A stretch of DNA of 64,000 bases from Hydrolagus affinis (lineage: Eukaryota). Below the pieces are notes generated by a model. It was not told the DNA's origin. It made no database searches and was given only the letters and a program-made list of their open reading frames with translations. Location of the stretch: positions 1 to 64,000 of the forward strand of contig JAAILG010000133.1 of the NCBI GenBank assembly GCA_012026655.1, in the 5' to 3' direction. This document shows, piece by piece, positions 12,891 to 26,292 of this stretch; positions within the stretch are counted from its first letter, which is position 1, and every line of letters starts with the position of its first letter. Made by a program: the position numbers and the translations under genes.

Positions 12891-14656
12891 TATAAGTATA
12901 ATCTGTATAATTTTATAAATTATAATTTGTAATAAGTACTGTATGTGTAAAACTTGGCCAAGTTAAGATGGGAATAGGATCTGGGTTTATTGTACATTTA
13001 TTTGCTAATTTACAACACACAGCACTACAGTGTTGCATTTCACAATACTGTTAAACCCCAAGACTTCTGCTGTGAGATCGAATGTCTCCAAAAGGGAACT
13101 TTATAGGGTTTGTTGGTGAATCCAACCCTTCTCTTTGCTCCCGCAATTGTTGCCAAAACTTGCGTTGAGTCACACAGAAGCTAATGAAAGTTTGGGGGGT
13201 GTTTCTGTGTGGACTCACACCAGAGAGAGAGAAAGACTTTGAGTTTGCAGATAGGAAAAGTTATTGATGGATATTATTCAAAACTTTAATATTTAACAAA
13301 GTGACTCAAATCAAAATTCTCTCCGCTATCACTCTCCGAGTGTACAGCTGAGAAGTATCTGTGTGAGTCCTGAGCAGATGGTGAAATTAATGAATTTAGG
13401 TGACAGCTCCAACTAAAGCTGACACATAAAGAATGTACAAATATAACTTTGTTTCTCACATAAGCACTCTGTCACAAATAATTTACCTGAAGTGCTCTAA
13501 ATCTCTGCCGAGTGCTATTGATTGCATCCGTGGCCTTGATGGGAAGCAATTACAATGAAATGTCAGACTGTTAATGCAATCCAGTTTAGTGGTCTATCAC
13601 ATCCGCTCTTCACTGCCTGACACATCCATGACAAATGCAAAATTACTAAAAGCAATGAACTCTTCTGTCTTGCATGCGTGTTCCTTTCAAATTAGTGCTG
13701 CCATACATTACATTCCTGTTGTGTGCTGTTCTGCGTGGATGTCTTTATGGTTTAAATGTTAGCTGTGCCTCTCTTTTATCGTCTAAGTCAGCAATGAATA
13801 TTCTGACACTGGGAACATATTTAGAAGCCACGTTAAGCTCTTTTGCAAGCTGGGTGGGATGGCATTCTTTATCGGTGCTGCACATAATATTACATAATTT
13901 TTTTCAGTGCTTTTGTGTCTTTGACCTCCATTCAACACTCAGGATTAAAGAGCTGGGGGAGTGACCTGCTTTAAAGTAACATTAGGGAGGCTCGAGGAGC
14001 TTGGAGTTAGCTTGCCAATTGGAGCCACACAGTATTCACTCAAGACTATAATTAGATCGTTCATTTCACGGCTGTTTATGGGATATTGTCTCTTTCACTT
14101 ACATATACACAGTCACTGCACTGTACAGAAGCACTCTGAGATTTTCTCACCATAATAGGTGTTATATCAATCGTGTGGGTTAATATAAATGTTGATATGC
14201 AGCAGTCTTATTTGGAATGGTCTGAAAATAAACAGAGAATCGTTCACTCAATCCGGAACAACTGTTTTCTGGTATTCTCACCGGAAGACATTTGGATTTG
14301 AATTTCCTCGGCTTGGGCACTGAGTGTCCAGCTCCGCTCTGTGCTCGGGTGACCAAGGTGTTGTGGTGGTGGAGTCAGGCAGAGTAGTACTGGTTCCCTC
14401 TTGGCATCAAACCAATTGGAACAGTTGCCAGGAACCGTGGGGGAAGCCATTACACTGGACTGCTTTACAAAGCAGCTTCATGCTGTGATGGGAGGACAAT
14501 AAAATGGGATTATGGAGGGATGAGATCAGATGGGCTGAAGGATTTTCTTCATCCAAAATAATCTTGTGAGCTCTGCCTTCAGGTGTAGTGCTCCATCTAG
14601 TGCTCCATCTCCAGACTTCCCTGGTGTGAACCAGAGAGGAGGAATGACTGTTGGAG

Positions 14657-14707
14657 CTGAGTCAAACCCCATCAATGCTGAGTCCAACCCCATCAATGCT
14701 GAGTCCA
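14657..14707. repeat. 21-bp tandem repeat (~2.4 units)
   Basis: CTGAGTCMAACCCCATCAATG occurs twice plus a partial copy. A 12-bp duplication, TAGTGCTCCATC, lies nearby at 14586-14609. Confidence 0.9.
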
Positions 14708-15070
14708 GTCTTAAACTGCTATTTGCTAAACTGATAATGAGATCTTGCATATGCCTAGTTTGAAACGGTGAGATTTTCATTCCTTGATCAATCTTTATAA
14801 TGAAAAGCTTTACAGATTCTCTTTACTTACAAAACACTCTCTTAATTATCATGATGCACTTTGAGGTGTTTCAACATAATGGGGGAACTTTTAAAAGTTC
14901 TTCTGATAATTGTCCAATATTATTTTCTGCTCCTTTTATCTCCGTTTCTCTCCTGAAAACTTTCTCAGTGGATGCCACTTGTCCCTCCTGTACCTCGTCC
15001 ATTTATCTGCACCCCCTCTCCCTCCTTTGTGGAAGGACATGTTTTTCACTGCTGTGCACAATAGGATGGA

Positions 15071-15238
15071 TGCCATGTTTTGCCCACAAAATATACAGTA
15101 AATTCAATTCACTGTATATTCTGTGAAGCACTTTTAGATGTCTCAACGATGTGATAAGGTGCTGTATAAATGTAATTTGTTGTTGTTGTTGTTGTTGTAT
15201 AAGTGGTGTTGTTATATCAAATGCAAAGATCATTATTC
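15071..15238 (+). mobile_element. SINE 3' half with L2-type (TTG)n tail followed by a second SINE-type tail
   Basis: GCCCACAAAATATACAG..TATTCTGTGAAGCACTTT..ATAAATGTAATT(TGT)n is followed by TATATCAAATGCAAAGATCATTATT. Confidence 0.85.
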
Positions 15239-15759
15239 AACTGAAAAGCTGCTCTGCTTCCATCCATTGCTACATAAATCCATCCAATAACTAATTACCT
15301 GCATTCTTCTCACTCTCCTGGCAAACAACCGACAGTCCTGGCCTATTTCCAGCCATCGTCAGGGAGGTTGTAAGCAGTGTTAGAGTTTTAAATACTTATT
15401 CCGGGAGCTCCTCATGGACAGTAACTGCTTCCTCGTAACCTATGATTAGCTTGCTCAATAATTCCTATTCTACCACAAATAGCTGCAGGCTCTGTAGAAA
15501 TTGCACTCTCTTTAGATTTAATTCACAGCTTTGCACCAAATGACACAGCTGGGCTCAGGGTTGAGAAAACATCAAATGGAATAAATTCTTATCATGCCTC
15601 AATGTCACCGCTTTAGGCGAAAAGAACCACGCCTCTTAAAGTGAACACAAAGCCTAAACTACAAGTGTGAGGCCGTGTTCAGATGTTATTCACTTTATAT
15701 TGAGGCTCTTGACTGTAAGGTAACTTTAAGATTTACATCGTAATCTGAGTCTGCGCATC

Positions 15760-16219
15760 ACAGCAAATCCATCATATTAATTCTCAGTCCATGTCCTCTC
15801 CTCTCCAGCCTCTCATCCCCATTCCTCACTTGGCTCCAGTTGTTCCCCAGTCCACAGCAGATTAAAATCAAGATTTTCAACTTCGCACTTACGTGTCTCA
15901 AACCTCGTCTCCACCCTATCTCTGTGACCTCATGCGTCCCTACTTCCCTGGTCACTCTCACTGCTCAACGAATAGTTCTGTGTCCCCACCTACATTGATG
16001 GGGGAGCTTTCAACACTCTGCCCCATTGGAAGTCCATCCTGAAATCCTTCAACTTCCACCCTCCCCACCTTCACAAACTGCCTCTTTGGCCATGTTTACA
16101 GCCAAGCTTTCTCCTCCCTTCCTCAATTACCAATCCCCAGCTTGGGTTCCCAGGCAGCTGTGTGAAGCACTTTGAGGTATCCTGATATGAAAGGTACTAT
16201 GTAAATGTAAATTTAGTTG
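15760..16219 (+). mobile_element. L2 LINE 3' fragment
   Basis: A C-rich decayed ORF2 end (QIKIKIF, GGAFN.L, FTNCLFG-like) ends in GTGAAGCACTTTGAGG..TGAAAGGTACTATGTAAATGTAAATTTAGTTG. Confidence 0.75.
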
Positions 16220-17782
16220 AGAAAAGAATATTTTAAAGATTGAATATCCTTTCCTGCCTCAAATATTTTACACCTTTACACAACCTCACAAATATAGGAT
16301 AATATTGCCATTAATTAGAAATTGCAAACTGACTGAAGAGCAGTGTAAGTTTTCAAGTACTGTACAGTATAGTAATGGCAGTCAGAACCATTGCCCAGCA
16401 AAGAGTGTGCTTTTTGGTTGTAACCATGTATTCCATTGCCCTTTTACTGCCTGACTGAAACATACTTCCTAATCAAAAAAAATCCGAAAGACTTCATTCT
16501 GTGCATATCTGCCAGCACTTTTGTTCAGTGTGCGCATCATACAGTAGATTGGTCATGCCTGCTTGTGTGATCTTGGCGTGCAGAAATTGGCTGTCACATT
16601 TGTCTACAAAGTCACAGTCACTACACGGTAATTCCCTGTGGAGCTCTTTGAGGTGTTTTAACATTCCAGGAACTGGATCAGATAGGAGGATTATTATTAT
16701 TGCTTCATATACTCACTTTTGGCACTTACGTGAATAAATCTGACAGGTTCAGAGGCTTCAGTGATGCTTCTGAATGACCTGGTAATAATTATCCAGTTAC
16801 ACCCTCCAGGAGTGTTACATAAATCATGCCAAAGCTCTGCTCACTTCATTAATGCCTCACAACAATCGGGTTTGCAATTGGATGACCACAGTGTTGTGAC
16901 GTGTACATCTCGAGTTGAAAAGGTTTGCCTGCTGGGTGCTGCAGCCACCTCGTGGCACAGTCCCAAAAATAGAGCTTGTAATTGCAGTGAAACCTGCCGA
17001 TAATGAAGACCTTTGGGAATATCTACAGGTGGTCTTTATACATCGGTATTCTTCCCTTATGCAGTTTCAAATTGGCATCATTAATATCTTATTGGAAATG
17101 ATACAGGATGCTTTTAGTGCAGACAGATGGTCTCTCATACCGGGCAGGTGGTCTCTCTCTCTCTCTTCCCAGGTTCTCTGTGGTATTAATACGTCAGGAG
17201 ATTATTGCCCTTTACAACACACTGAAAGCCAGACTTCTGCATAGGATGCGCATTTCAAATAACTGGCATTTTGTAAAAACAAGAAGGAAACTCTTGTTTG
17301 GATTCATTTCCTTCAAAATTTGGAGTGTTCTGAATCAAAGGCAATTGGCCTGCATTTGCTGTTTCTCTCTCCATTCTGGCAATCACAAGCTGATTATAAT
17401 ACCCGACAAATCCTCTGCAGGTTCCAAGGTTCAAAATTATGTTGACGGCAACCTTCCTTTCTTCCCTCCTTTTCTCATCCTGCCCACCATCTTTCCTGCA
17501 TTTATTTTTGAACAATTAAATAGCAGTTTGGGTAAATGATTGCTTTTCATATTTAGGACGTTACAGCACAGACAATCCCACCAGATTGAGCCTGGGAGTA
17601 CGTACTGAACTCCCATCTGCGACCAGATGTGTGCAAGTGTTGTCCGTCCGGGTGGATGTAGTCAGGAGATTCCAAAATGATCAACTTCAATTGTGGTCTT
17701 CGGTTTTACAGATGAAATTTCAAGTCATTGGCAGGCAATTAACTTTTTCAGAAAGGTAAAAAGATACAAAGCATTATCATTT

Positions 17783-18110
17783 ACTCAATTGGTAGCACTG
17801 AGTCACAAGATAGTGGATTCTAGGCCTACGTCAGCTCACAGTCCAGGCTGACTCACCAATGTAGTTCGCGCAGGAATGTTGCATGGTCAGAAGTGCAATC
17901 AGTTGGACGAGAGGTTAAACTGAGATCCCATCAGCCTATTCAGGTGGACTGGAAAGATTCTATGTTCTATCTGGGACATTGCGGTACGCAAGATGTCTGC
18001 TGCATTCACCAACACATACAGTCAATACACTTTACAATGAAATGCTTTGAGATGCCTCAATGATGCGATAAAGTGCTGCATCAAATGCAAGGATTATTGA
18101 TTATTATTAT
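17783..18110 (+). mobile_element. Deu-domain SINE (SacSINE1/AmnSINE1-related), decayed
   Basis: Head GGTAGCACTGAGTCACAAGATAGTGGATTC, core GGACGAGAGGTTAAACTGAG..CAGGTGGAC..AAAGAT, and the shared SINE tail. Confidence 0.8.
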
Positions 18111-18554
18111 AAGAGTGACATTTTGACATACCTGTATAAAGTAGCCCTGACTCCCACCTTTAGTAAAAGACTTATGTTGACTTTCCTTATGCATTTTTGC
18201 TTGATGTGCATTTCCATTTTCTTATTCCCTCCAGTGCCATCAATCACAGGCTGTCCTCAGGAGTTTGTGCTGACTCTCCAAGGGCATGCTAGTCTCCAAG
18301 ATTATCTGTATGCTGAAGACACAGTGACCGCTGCTTGTGTTTCACAAGGAGACAGTTCTTCTTAGTCACATCTACCCTTGACTGTACTCTGTACTGTGGC
18401 ACAGAGAATTCAGGCATATGAATCACAAAAGAAGGAGAGTTTTTGTTTTTGTTAAATTACTTTCATGGGTTTCACCACAGGATTATGGAGTGTGTGTCAT
18501 GGCAAAAGTCTCCGACTGTTTGGATCTTGATCTCAAACTTCAGTGCGAGGGAAA

Positions 18555-18707
18555 GTTTCCATCTCTTTCATGGAACACCTTCCTCTTCGACCGTCCCTAC
18601 GGTCACCTCCCCCTTCCCCCCAACTCAGCTTCGTACTCCAACACTGTCAAGTGCTCTGAGATGTTCCAGTGTATGAGGGATGCTATGAAAATGCAAATTG
18701 TTGTTGA
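18555..18707 (+). mobile_element. L2 LINE 3' end
   Basis: CTTCCTCTTCGACCGTCCCTACGGTCACC, then a C-rich UTR and a tail ending AAATGCAAATTGTTGTTG. Confidence 0.75.
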
Positions 18708-18829
18708 TCTGAGGGAATTTTTAAAAGGTTGATTAATTTTTTTTTAAACAAAAGCTCTTTAGATGCTTCCTCTCATCTGCCCTAATTTGATTGATTAAAA
18801 ATTTGTTCTTAATTTCGAAGTCTCTTTTC

Positions 18830-18949
18830 CCGCCAAAGAAATCAGCTTCCAAATCCTGGCTGAAGATCAGAATTGTCTCTGTTCTGCACTACATTGACTT
18901 TCAATCCAAATTGGTATGGTAGGCTCAGATTGGGTGGAATTTCAGGCCT
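18830..18949 (-). mobile_element. Old palindromic MITE family, partial
   Basis: Terminal GGTGGAATTTCAGGCCT. Internal AAAGAAATCAGCTTCCAAATC is shared with 27446-27467. Confidence 0.65.
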
Positions 18950-19864
18950 CTGTTTTATGATGTTTGGGTCCGCTTCCCATAAACTTGTTTGTTTTCAGAG
19001 AACGATTGCTGAACCAGAAAGAAAAAAATGGGATATTTTAAGATTATCACAATACCATGATTTATCTCAGTAAATTCCTCTCGCCCGGAATAAACAATGG
19101 CCGTTTTTGGTATATACAGAAACAGACAGCTGTGAATGAGTTACAAAACAGTTACACAATAGAGTACCTCTGACGCAGTGATAAATCACAGTTGCGTACT
19201 GTGGTTGGAGTGGTTTACAATGTAATCTGGTTTCAGACATTTGTGAAACGGCTTTTAAACTCTTGCTGCAGCTATTCATTACTTCAAATGATACCTGCCA
19301 CAACACAAACACAACACAAACACAACACAAAGCTTTTTTGCTCTCAGGGAAAGACCATTTTTTAAAAATTAATGCTCACTTTACTGGTATTCCTCTCGCT
19401 GCTTTTGGAAGTCTACGGAATTGATTTTTCCTGCTTTCTGTGTTGCCAGCAAGAGGAATGATTTCTGGTGGAATGTGGCATGTGACTGCAGTCTGTGCCT
19501 CACATTGCCCACTATGCAATGGAGCAATGCCTCAGCGCAGTTCGCTACACACTGAATTCTCGCCCATTCATACCCTGCTCAATGGGACGATGGAAGCATC
19601 CATGGGCTTTGACCAATTCCCCACAAAATGCATCTGTTATAAAATTATTTTTATTAAAATGACATGCACCCATTGATACATATTTATATGTACAATAGTC
19701 CATGATATAGTTAAACAATATCCATTTATGAAACAACTGTTCTGGATTTAAAGTTGGCTGTGACTGAAATTTACGCCACATGCGCTATGAGCTGTCAGCT
19801 ATCAGTCACCCCTCACTGCTGATTATCTCCAGTACCTTCATATTGGAAGAATGGAAGAACCCCT

Positions 19865-20105
19865 CACTGGAGGACATGATCTTACCTCAAGAGAAAATAG
19901 GTCAGAGAAGAATTTCTTGTCACTGAGAACGATCAGAATCTGAATTGTGCGGCCCCAGAAAGCCATGGATTAGGAATCAGATGAGTGATGTAAGCGAAAG
20001 ACATGTAATTACTTGTGGAGTAAAAATATTGAAGAATATGACTGGAGGTAGGATTGGGGGAAATGGGCTGAATGGCCTCTTCCTGCTCCTAATTTTCTTG
20101 TATTC
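19865..20105 (+). mobile_element. CR1 LINE 3' end, decayed
   Basis: GGAGGACATGATCT..AGAGAAGAATTTCTT.CACTGAGA (RGH..R.NFFT.R-like), ending GGGCTGAATGGCCTCTTCCTGCTCCTAATTTTCTTGTATTC. Confidence 0.7.
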
Positions 20106-20682
20106 CTAAATCATGACTCCACAACAACCATGAACTCATTCTCCCTGAGATTTTGTCTGTAGGCTCACTGTCACTCTAAATATTGGGAGAATATAAATAA
20201 ATTATCATCAGGCCAACAAGATCCTTCATCAGCTGCTTTCACAACTGATCTTCAAACGTATGTCTTGCTGTGCAATATTTACTGTGCCAATAAGTCGCGA
20301 GTTAGAAATTTAAAGAAAGCCCACGAGAATGATTAAAATGAGCTGTTTTCACAACTCTGACTCCATGCTCAGCCTCTGGGGACTTGGGGTCCCACAACTG
20401 AATAAATTACACAAATGAGAGACTGCTAACTAACAAAAATGTGATAAACAGTAACTGCATTCCTGTGCCAAAGGAGGTTCAGTGGCTTTTGTCTTAGGAA
20501 TTTTGCTTCTTGTTCTAAAGTGAAGACGTTTAAGAATATTTAAATCTATTTTGAGCAAGCTATCTGATAGGTTAAAGTGAAACTTTATCCTATAGAAAAG
20601 AAAACTTTATCCTATATAAGTGATACTGTATTCAATATCATGATGGTATAACCAAGGTGTTTGATGGTGTGGTGTAACCTGT

Positions 20683-20740
20683 GCCTTGGGACGTCCTCCT
20701 GACGTGAAAGGTGGTATATAAATTTAATTTGTTGTTGTTG
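20683..20740 (+). mobile_element. L2 tail-only insertion
   Basis: GCCTTGGGACGTCCTCCTGACGTGAAAGGTGGTATATAAATTTAATTTGTTGTTGTTG. Confidence 0.8.
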
Positions 20741-21984
20741 TGTGTGATCGTGTGGTGTTACCGAGGTGTGTGATTATGATTGTGATGGCGTAACCAAAGA
20801 GGAGGGGAGGATGTGCATTTGGCAGTTCCTCTTTGTTTGAAACCGTGTTTCTCTGCTTCACACTGACATTTCCAGAAATAACAGTCCCATAATGCTGCCT
20901 TGTCCTCACTATAATATACATCAGTTTTATCTGGAGCAACCAAAGTACTGGGGCCAGAGACATTACAGAAATATCATTGTTTCCTTTAAGGCATGAGCTT
21001 TGGTGTCAACATGCTCACAGGCCTACACATCAAAGAGATATGATAGGTCTGGAAGGATCATGCAATCAGCCCTGCTTTCTCTATTTCAGCTTCGGTCCAT
21101 TACGGTCAGGATTAATTGGTTGCCATGAGATGTAAATTCATACAGTTCATGCTGCTGGCACAGAGACTCCTTTCGGTAAGGTCTTAAATATGCCATTACA
21201 CATAAATCATTAGAAGCTGCCTCCAGCTAGCATTTCTAATGGAAAAAGATGCCATTTTGCTTCTCTCTTCACTTGCGCTGGGAACCCGAGGCTACTAGGA
21301 AATTGAAATAGATGCACTTTGTTGTTTAAAGCCGGAATAGCCAGCAAATTAAACAGAAAAATGTTTTATACTTTAGTAATGCGGCATTCCAAATTATGTT
21401 TGAAACATGCTGCTTTCCCAGGAGTATCTCCCCCTCCCCCCAATTCTCCTTTCCACCCTCAGGCTGCACATCAGCAAATAGCTCCATCCAGCCTATGCCA
21501 GACACTGCTCTCAATGGCCGGGCTCTGCCCATACCAATCTGATCAAGGATCATTCCTGAATATGTTTGTGTACAAGGAGAGATGTGTTCATGTGGTTCCC
21601 TTTGGAAACTACACTGGACTTTTGCCTTGAGGCACGTTACAAAGGGGACTTTTTTTCCATGTTGGCTATTGTTATGGAAGCCATGGATGTGGGCCTAATA
21701 TTCCCTTTCAAAACAGACTCATGAAGTTATCTTTTAATGAGAAATCCATTATTAGTTACTGAGGTACATTGGTAGTTTTAACAGCAATTACAGTCAAAGT
21801 CATTGCTTACGAGTGGATACTTGGAAGTGGTAGTAAGGGTGGGGTGGGTGGTGGGGTGTTGTACACTGGTGATGTGGAATTCTCTCCCTAAAATTGTTAG
21901 CTCCTTCAACAGAGGAGGGAAGCTGGAGGAGGAAAGTGAACATTCAAGGAGATTAGTACATTATAAAAGAAAGCACTGGCTTTA

Positions 21985-22064
21985 CCCTTGTAAAGAAGTA
22001 CCATGATAATGGTGGTCATACCATGGTACTACCACCATTACCATGGTACTTTTTTTTACAAGGG
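21985..22064. mobile_element. 80-bp foldback element (MITE-like)
   Basis: CCCTTGTAAAGAAGTACCATGATAATGGTGGT pairs with ACCACCATTACCATGGTACTTTTTTTTACAAGGG, with a central TACCATGGTA palindrome. Confidence 0.75.
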
Positions 22065-22227
22065 ATATTCTGTGCTACCTGATGTAAAAAAACATTAGTA
22101 CAGTGGAGCTTTCTATAAGCCTGATATTTTACTACATTTTATACCATATAGCAGCTTGGGGTGGGGGAGGAGGCTAACGCTCAATGTAGCAATCCATCAG
22201 AAAACAAAATCTCTGGCCTCAGCACTT

Positions 22228-22311
22228 ATAGAAACATAGGAACAGGAGTAGGCCATTCAGCCCATCAAGTCTGTTCTGCCATCTAATTAGAAAATGGCTG
22301 ATCTGTATCTC
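22228..22311 (-). mobile_element. CR1/HER1-type (HE1-like) 3' tail
   Basis: ATAGAAACATAGGAACAGGAGTAGGCCATTCAGCCC..ATGGCTGATCTG is the reverse of the typical shark CR1/HE1 3' end. Confidence 0.8.
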
Positions 22312-22416
22312 TACTAACCCTTACAACACTCCAGAGTGTAATTGAGAGGAACAGTTAATGAAGAAGGTTCTTGCTAACACTGGAGACTCCGACTGGACAG
22401 TATATGGATACTGTGT

Positions 22417-22452
22417 GCCTGAAATTTTACCTGGTCTCACCTAAAGACCATT
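22417..22452 (+). mobile_element. Terminus of old palindromic MITE family
   Basis: GCCTGAAATTTTACCTGGTCTCACCTAAAGACCATT. Confidence 0.6.
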
Positions 22453-24968
22453 GTGAGATAGTGCAAAATGGTAGAAGATCTTTTCAAGAAGACCAGTTTC
22501 CAATTTTCAAACTGAATTTACTCCCATTTTATTTCCCACTCCTCTCTCATCCAGTCTTGTTCCATATTTCCAATCACAGAGATAGCAGTTTTGAAACTAA
22601 CACAATAACTCAGATTACTGTTGCAAAAACACTTCAGGAAAAGGTCACAATTTGATTGCTTTCAAACCTTATTCAATTATTAACGTCTTACTTCATCCCT
22701 GGTCAGTCATCACTTATGTGACATCAGGGGCAGAAAATAGTGAATCCTTGTGTGGTAGGTTAGAGTGTCGGAGTGTAGCTGTGAAAGCCAGAGAGAAAGA
22801 TAGATAGAGAGAGATAAGCAAATAAAGGCAGACAGATAGAGACACACAGACCGGCAGAAAGAAGAAAACTGTTTCAAAAAAATAATTAACTGGAACAATT
22901 AATAATGTAGCACTTTTACAATGAATTATTTAATGCCTCTCAGACTGAGAAATCGCCAGGACAGTCTCATTCAGTCCACAGCTTGTTCTCAGCCTTTCCG
23001 GAAACGCAAGACAAACAGTTGCTCAGGCCAGTATGGAGTATTGCGAGATTATTTATTTTAGCTTTGTGGCTGTTGATCAAAGTGAAGGCAGTCCCTGCTA
23101 AACGCTGTAGCATCCTAAGCCACTACAAACTCCCAGAGGCTATCGACCACATGACCTTAGCCGTCTAAATTATGCCAGGATCCCGGGGAGTGTGCCCATG
23201 GGATTGCTGTATCCAAACACTTTAGCATATGAGAGGTCTGCTCTCTGACCTGTACAGCGACGAAGCTATCTGGAATAGTAATTGAGTTCTGAATGCGGTT
23301 CTATTTGCTGCTTGCTGCTCACCAGTGCACAAGGAGTCTGTCTGTGATGCCTCTAAAGCCACAGTAAACACCCTCCTCTCGATCCATCTTAATCCAGTCG
23401 AACAGCAATGATTTTACATCTCACATCAAATCCAGCAGAAGGCCAAACCTACATTCATTAGAATTATGCTCAGACCACACATAAAAGGCACTCAATGTTT
23501 AGTTAAGTTGTTTTTCCTTCAATCAAAGCCCAGCCTTCCACCCATCCACCAGTTGCCTCTAAGAACCAGTGACTGCTGCCTCTTTGACTCCAAAGATGTA
23601 CATTGACCAAACTCAGAGATTACCGAGTGCGCGTGTGGGAGGTGGGGTGGGGGGCAGTTTTCCCGGAAAAGTTGAGCATTGGCCCTGCCTAGTGGCTGAT
23701 TTGAATATAGCAGCTGTAGTGGGGAACATTGGTTCAGTCATGTGCATCACTGGTCTTTCTCTCTCATCAAATCAAAGGCACTGAGGGAACAAAACAGCCA
23801 ATCTGTTGAATTCAATGTTCTTGTTGTGAACCAATTAGTCTCGTCTGTCTTCCTCTACACTTGATACCGGTTCCTGTGAAACAATTTGTGCTGTTTATCA
23901 AATCCAAGGATTATTATGAAGGAGACCTTGTATCAGTGTATTGAGAACAATTCACTCTGTACAAAGTCTGACTCAGTTATGAAAATAGTTTTTATATTTG
24001 GCGGTTGTTGTCTGTGAAACGGTTTGAGATGTTTTGGGAGAAAGGTGTACAACTACAAGATCGCTCTTTCTTTTTTGTGGGGTTTGGGGGGAGAATATAA
24101 CAAGCAGCCTTCCTGCTTTTGATATTTGTACAGTGACCTCCCCCAACCCAATTGAGAGCACAGGCCAGTTGAGGACAGCCAAATCAAGATTTGCTGTGAT
24201 GTCTCCACAATCATCCAATACCTTCCAGTGGAGTGCAGTGGGTCAGTGTGACACACATCTTATTGTTTGGTCAGGTGGTTTCCTGTCTGATCCCAGCCTT
24301 TGTGGGTAGGGACATTGAATTTGGAATTCCTTTCCTAATGCCAAAACTTCCAGATTTCACACAACCTGACACTGTAAACTACTCTTCACTCATGATCATA
24401 ACAACAACAACAACAACATTTAGATAGTGCCCTTCACACTCTCAGTGACTCTCAATTGTTTTGTATCATGGAGAAAAAGTGATGGTTTCATTTATGGCTT
24501 CACTGATCAATGGATAAGCTACATTGGTTTAAAACAACTCGTTCCACTCCGCTTAGCGAGTCCCCACACATTTCAATGACCTTCATGTATGGTGCCCTTT
24601 CTCTTCTCTTTAGTGCAAAGTTAATGCCCATTAATAGTGGTTGAGACAATGCTATTTACATAGAATTAGTGCAACTCAGGAGTGTGTTCAGCAGTGTTGA
24701 TTGATATCAGAGTTAAAACCAAAATGTAAATGCCAACACAGGTGAGGTTTGAGATCAAACCCCAAAAGTTAAAAAGACGGATTGTGGACCAGTATTGAGG
24801 CTAACTAAAAACATCTTGGAAAAACCCTGATGAAGCCTTTGCCTTAACATGATCATCCCAGCACAAAAAATGCTTGTAGTCCTTTTCACTGTGTCTAAAG
24901 CAAATGGCACTCGGCATTGCAATGTGCCTGCAGGCTCTGGCACTGCGTGGATGGTATACAATGTATAT

Positions 24969-25086
24969 ATGGGTTCAAGCCCCACATTAGGGACTTTGTG
25001 CTCACAGTCTGAGATGACACTCCAGTGCTGTGTTGGAGGGCACCGTGGAATGTCAGAGTCTTTGACAGACAAAACCAAGGTCCTGT
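24969..25086 (+). mobile_element. Deu-domain SINE fragment
   Basis: GGGTTCAAGCCCCACATTAGGGACTTTG..TGACACTCCAGTGC..AAACCAAGGTCC is homologous to 36842-36950. Confidence 0.75.
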
Positions 25087-25114
25087 GTGTGCCTGTTTGC
25101 CCCTTCCCTCAAAT

Positions 25115-25269
25115 CCTTTAAGGTCCATCTCAAGATCCTTTTTAACTACTCTTTCAGTTATCCTCCCTCCCTCTCCTCTCCTTCGCCCCCACCCCTCCCA
25201 AATACAATGCCTTGGGACGTCCTCCCAACATGAAAGACGCTATTAAATGCAATTGGTTGTTATTGTTGG
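25115..25269 (+). mobile_element. L2 LINE 3' end
   Basis: C-rich UTR followed by GCCTTGGGACGTCCTCCCAACATGAAAGACGCTATTAAATGCAATTGGTTGTT. Confidence 0.75.
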
Positions 25270-26216
25270 ATGTTACAGATCCCACAATGCTAATTGAAAT
25301 CAGAAGAAAGTTGCTCCCGGTCAACAGTAATATAGATAAATTGGTCTTTTACTTCATAGCTGTGTGTGAGACGTCGCTATATACAAATTGTTTGTTGCAA
25401 CTACAGTACTTACATACACTCAATCACTACACTCAACAGAAATTCCCCGCAAGGGCTTTGAGACATTTTAATGTTGTAGATGTTGAATACATTGCAGTGA
25501 TTATTATTATTATCATCGATGGTTTCAACACTAACCTCCAGAGAAGACACCGACAACAATTCCATGGCATAGATCATGAAGCTAATGACTGTCTCTGGGG
25601 ATTGGGTTGTCCGGCAGTTAATAAACAGTTTCTCAAACAGCAGCCCTCCTTTCCACCCACATCTCAATCTGCTATTACTTACATGTCAAAGACACGGATC
25701 TTGCCTGCTCTGTGTACTGTGATTATGAGTGACATGCTGCTATCCTGGCAGACAATTGAAAGGACAAAGAGAACAAAGCTCTTGACATTTCTGCTTGTAA
25801 TCTAACACCTGTCGGGGAAGGCCGCAGATGGAAGAAAGGGCTGACAAGACAGGATGAGAGGGAGCTGACAGCTCTGAGCGATGCAGACGAAGAGCACTGC
25901 TGGCACTGTGTTGCCAGCCAGAGCTGGATGACAAATTAATTCTGCACAATTTATGAGTGGAAATCATGAAGGGATTGAGTCTGAGCCTTAAGGAAGCAGC
26001 CAGCAGCTCCAGCAATTGGAAGGATCCAAATCAGCCACAGCAGCAGAAAAACGACCGGCAGCTCATTATCCTGAAAGGTTTATAATAAGAGCAGGCAGCA
26101 CTACACAAACTGTACTGGTGGGGAATGAGTTCCCATTCAGAACTTGCTGAGGATGTGCATTGCACACTCAGTCCTTAATAAATCGCCATCTTGCTCTGCT
26201 ACTTTTCTCTAGATTT

Positions 26217-26292
26217 GGTGGAAGTCACATCTGGTGGAAGTCCACTGTGCTGAAGTCATTTGGTGGAAGTCCACTGTGCTGAAGTCACATCT
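26217..26292. repeat. ~29-bp tandem repeat
   Basis: TGGTGGAAGTCCACTGTGCTGAAGTCA occurs twice, preceded by a partial unit. Confidence 0.85.

Noticed and set aside
14526-14780. ORFs with repeated peptides (DSALMGL / AESNPIN)
   Set aside because: The periodicity comes from a 21-bp tandem duplication, with no other coding evidence.
17593-17629. Two adjacent small hairpins (TGGGAGT/ACTCCCA and CATCTG/CAGATG)
   Set aside because: Stems of 6-7 bp are expected by chance in 64 kb, and there is no ncRNA motif.
25212-25805. Longest ORF (197 aa)
   Set aside because: It starts in an L2 tail, crosses another SINE-like tail with (ATT)n, and has no recognisable domain.
26217-26292. Short direct repeats considered as CRISPR-like (also 14657-14707, 32198-32245)
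   Set aside because: They are contiguous tandem duplications without unique spacers, in a vertebrate context with no cas genes.
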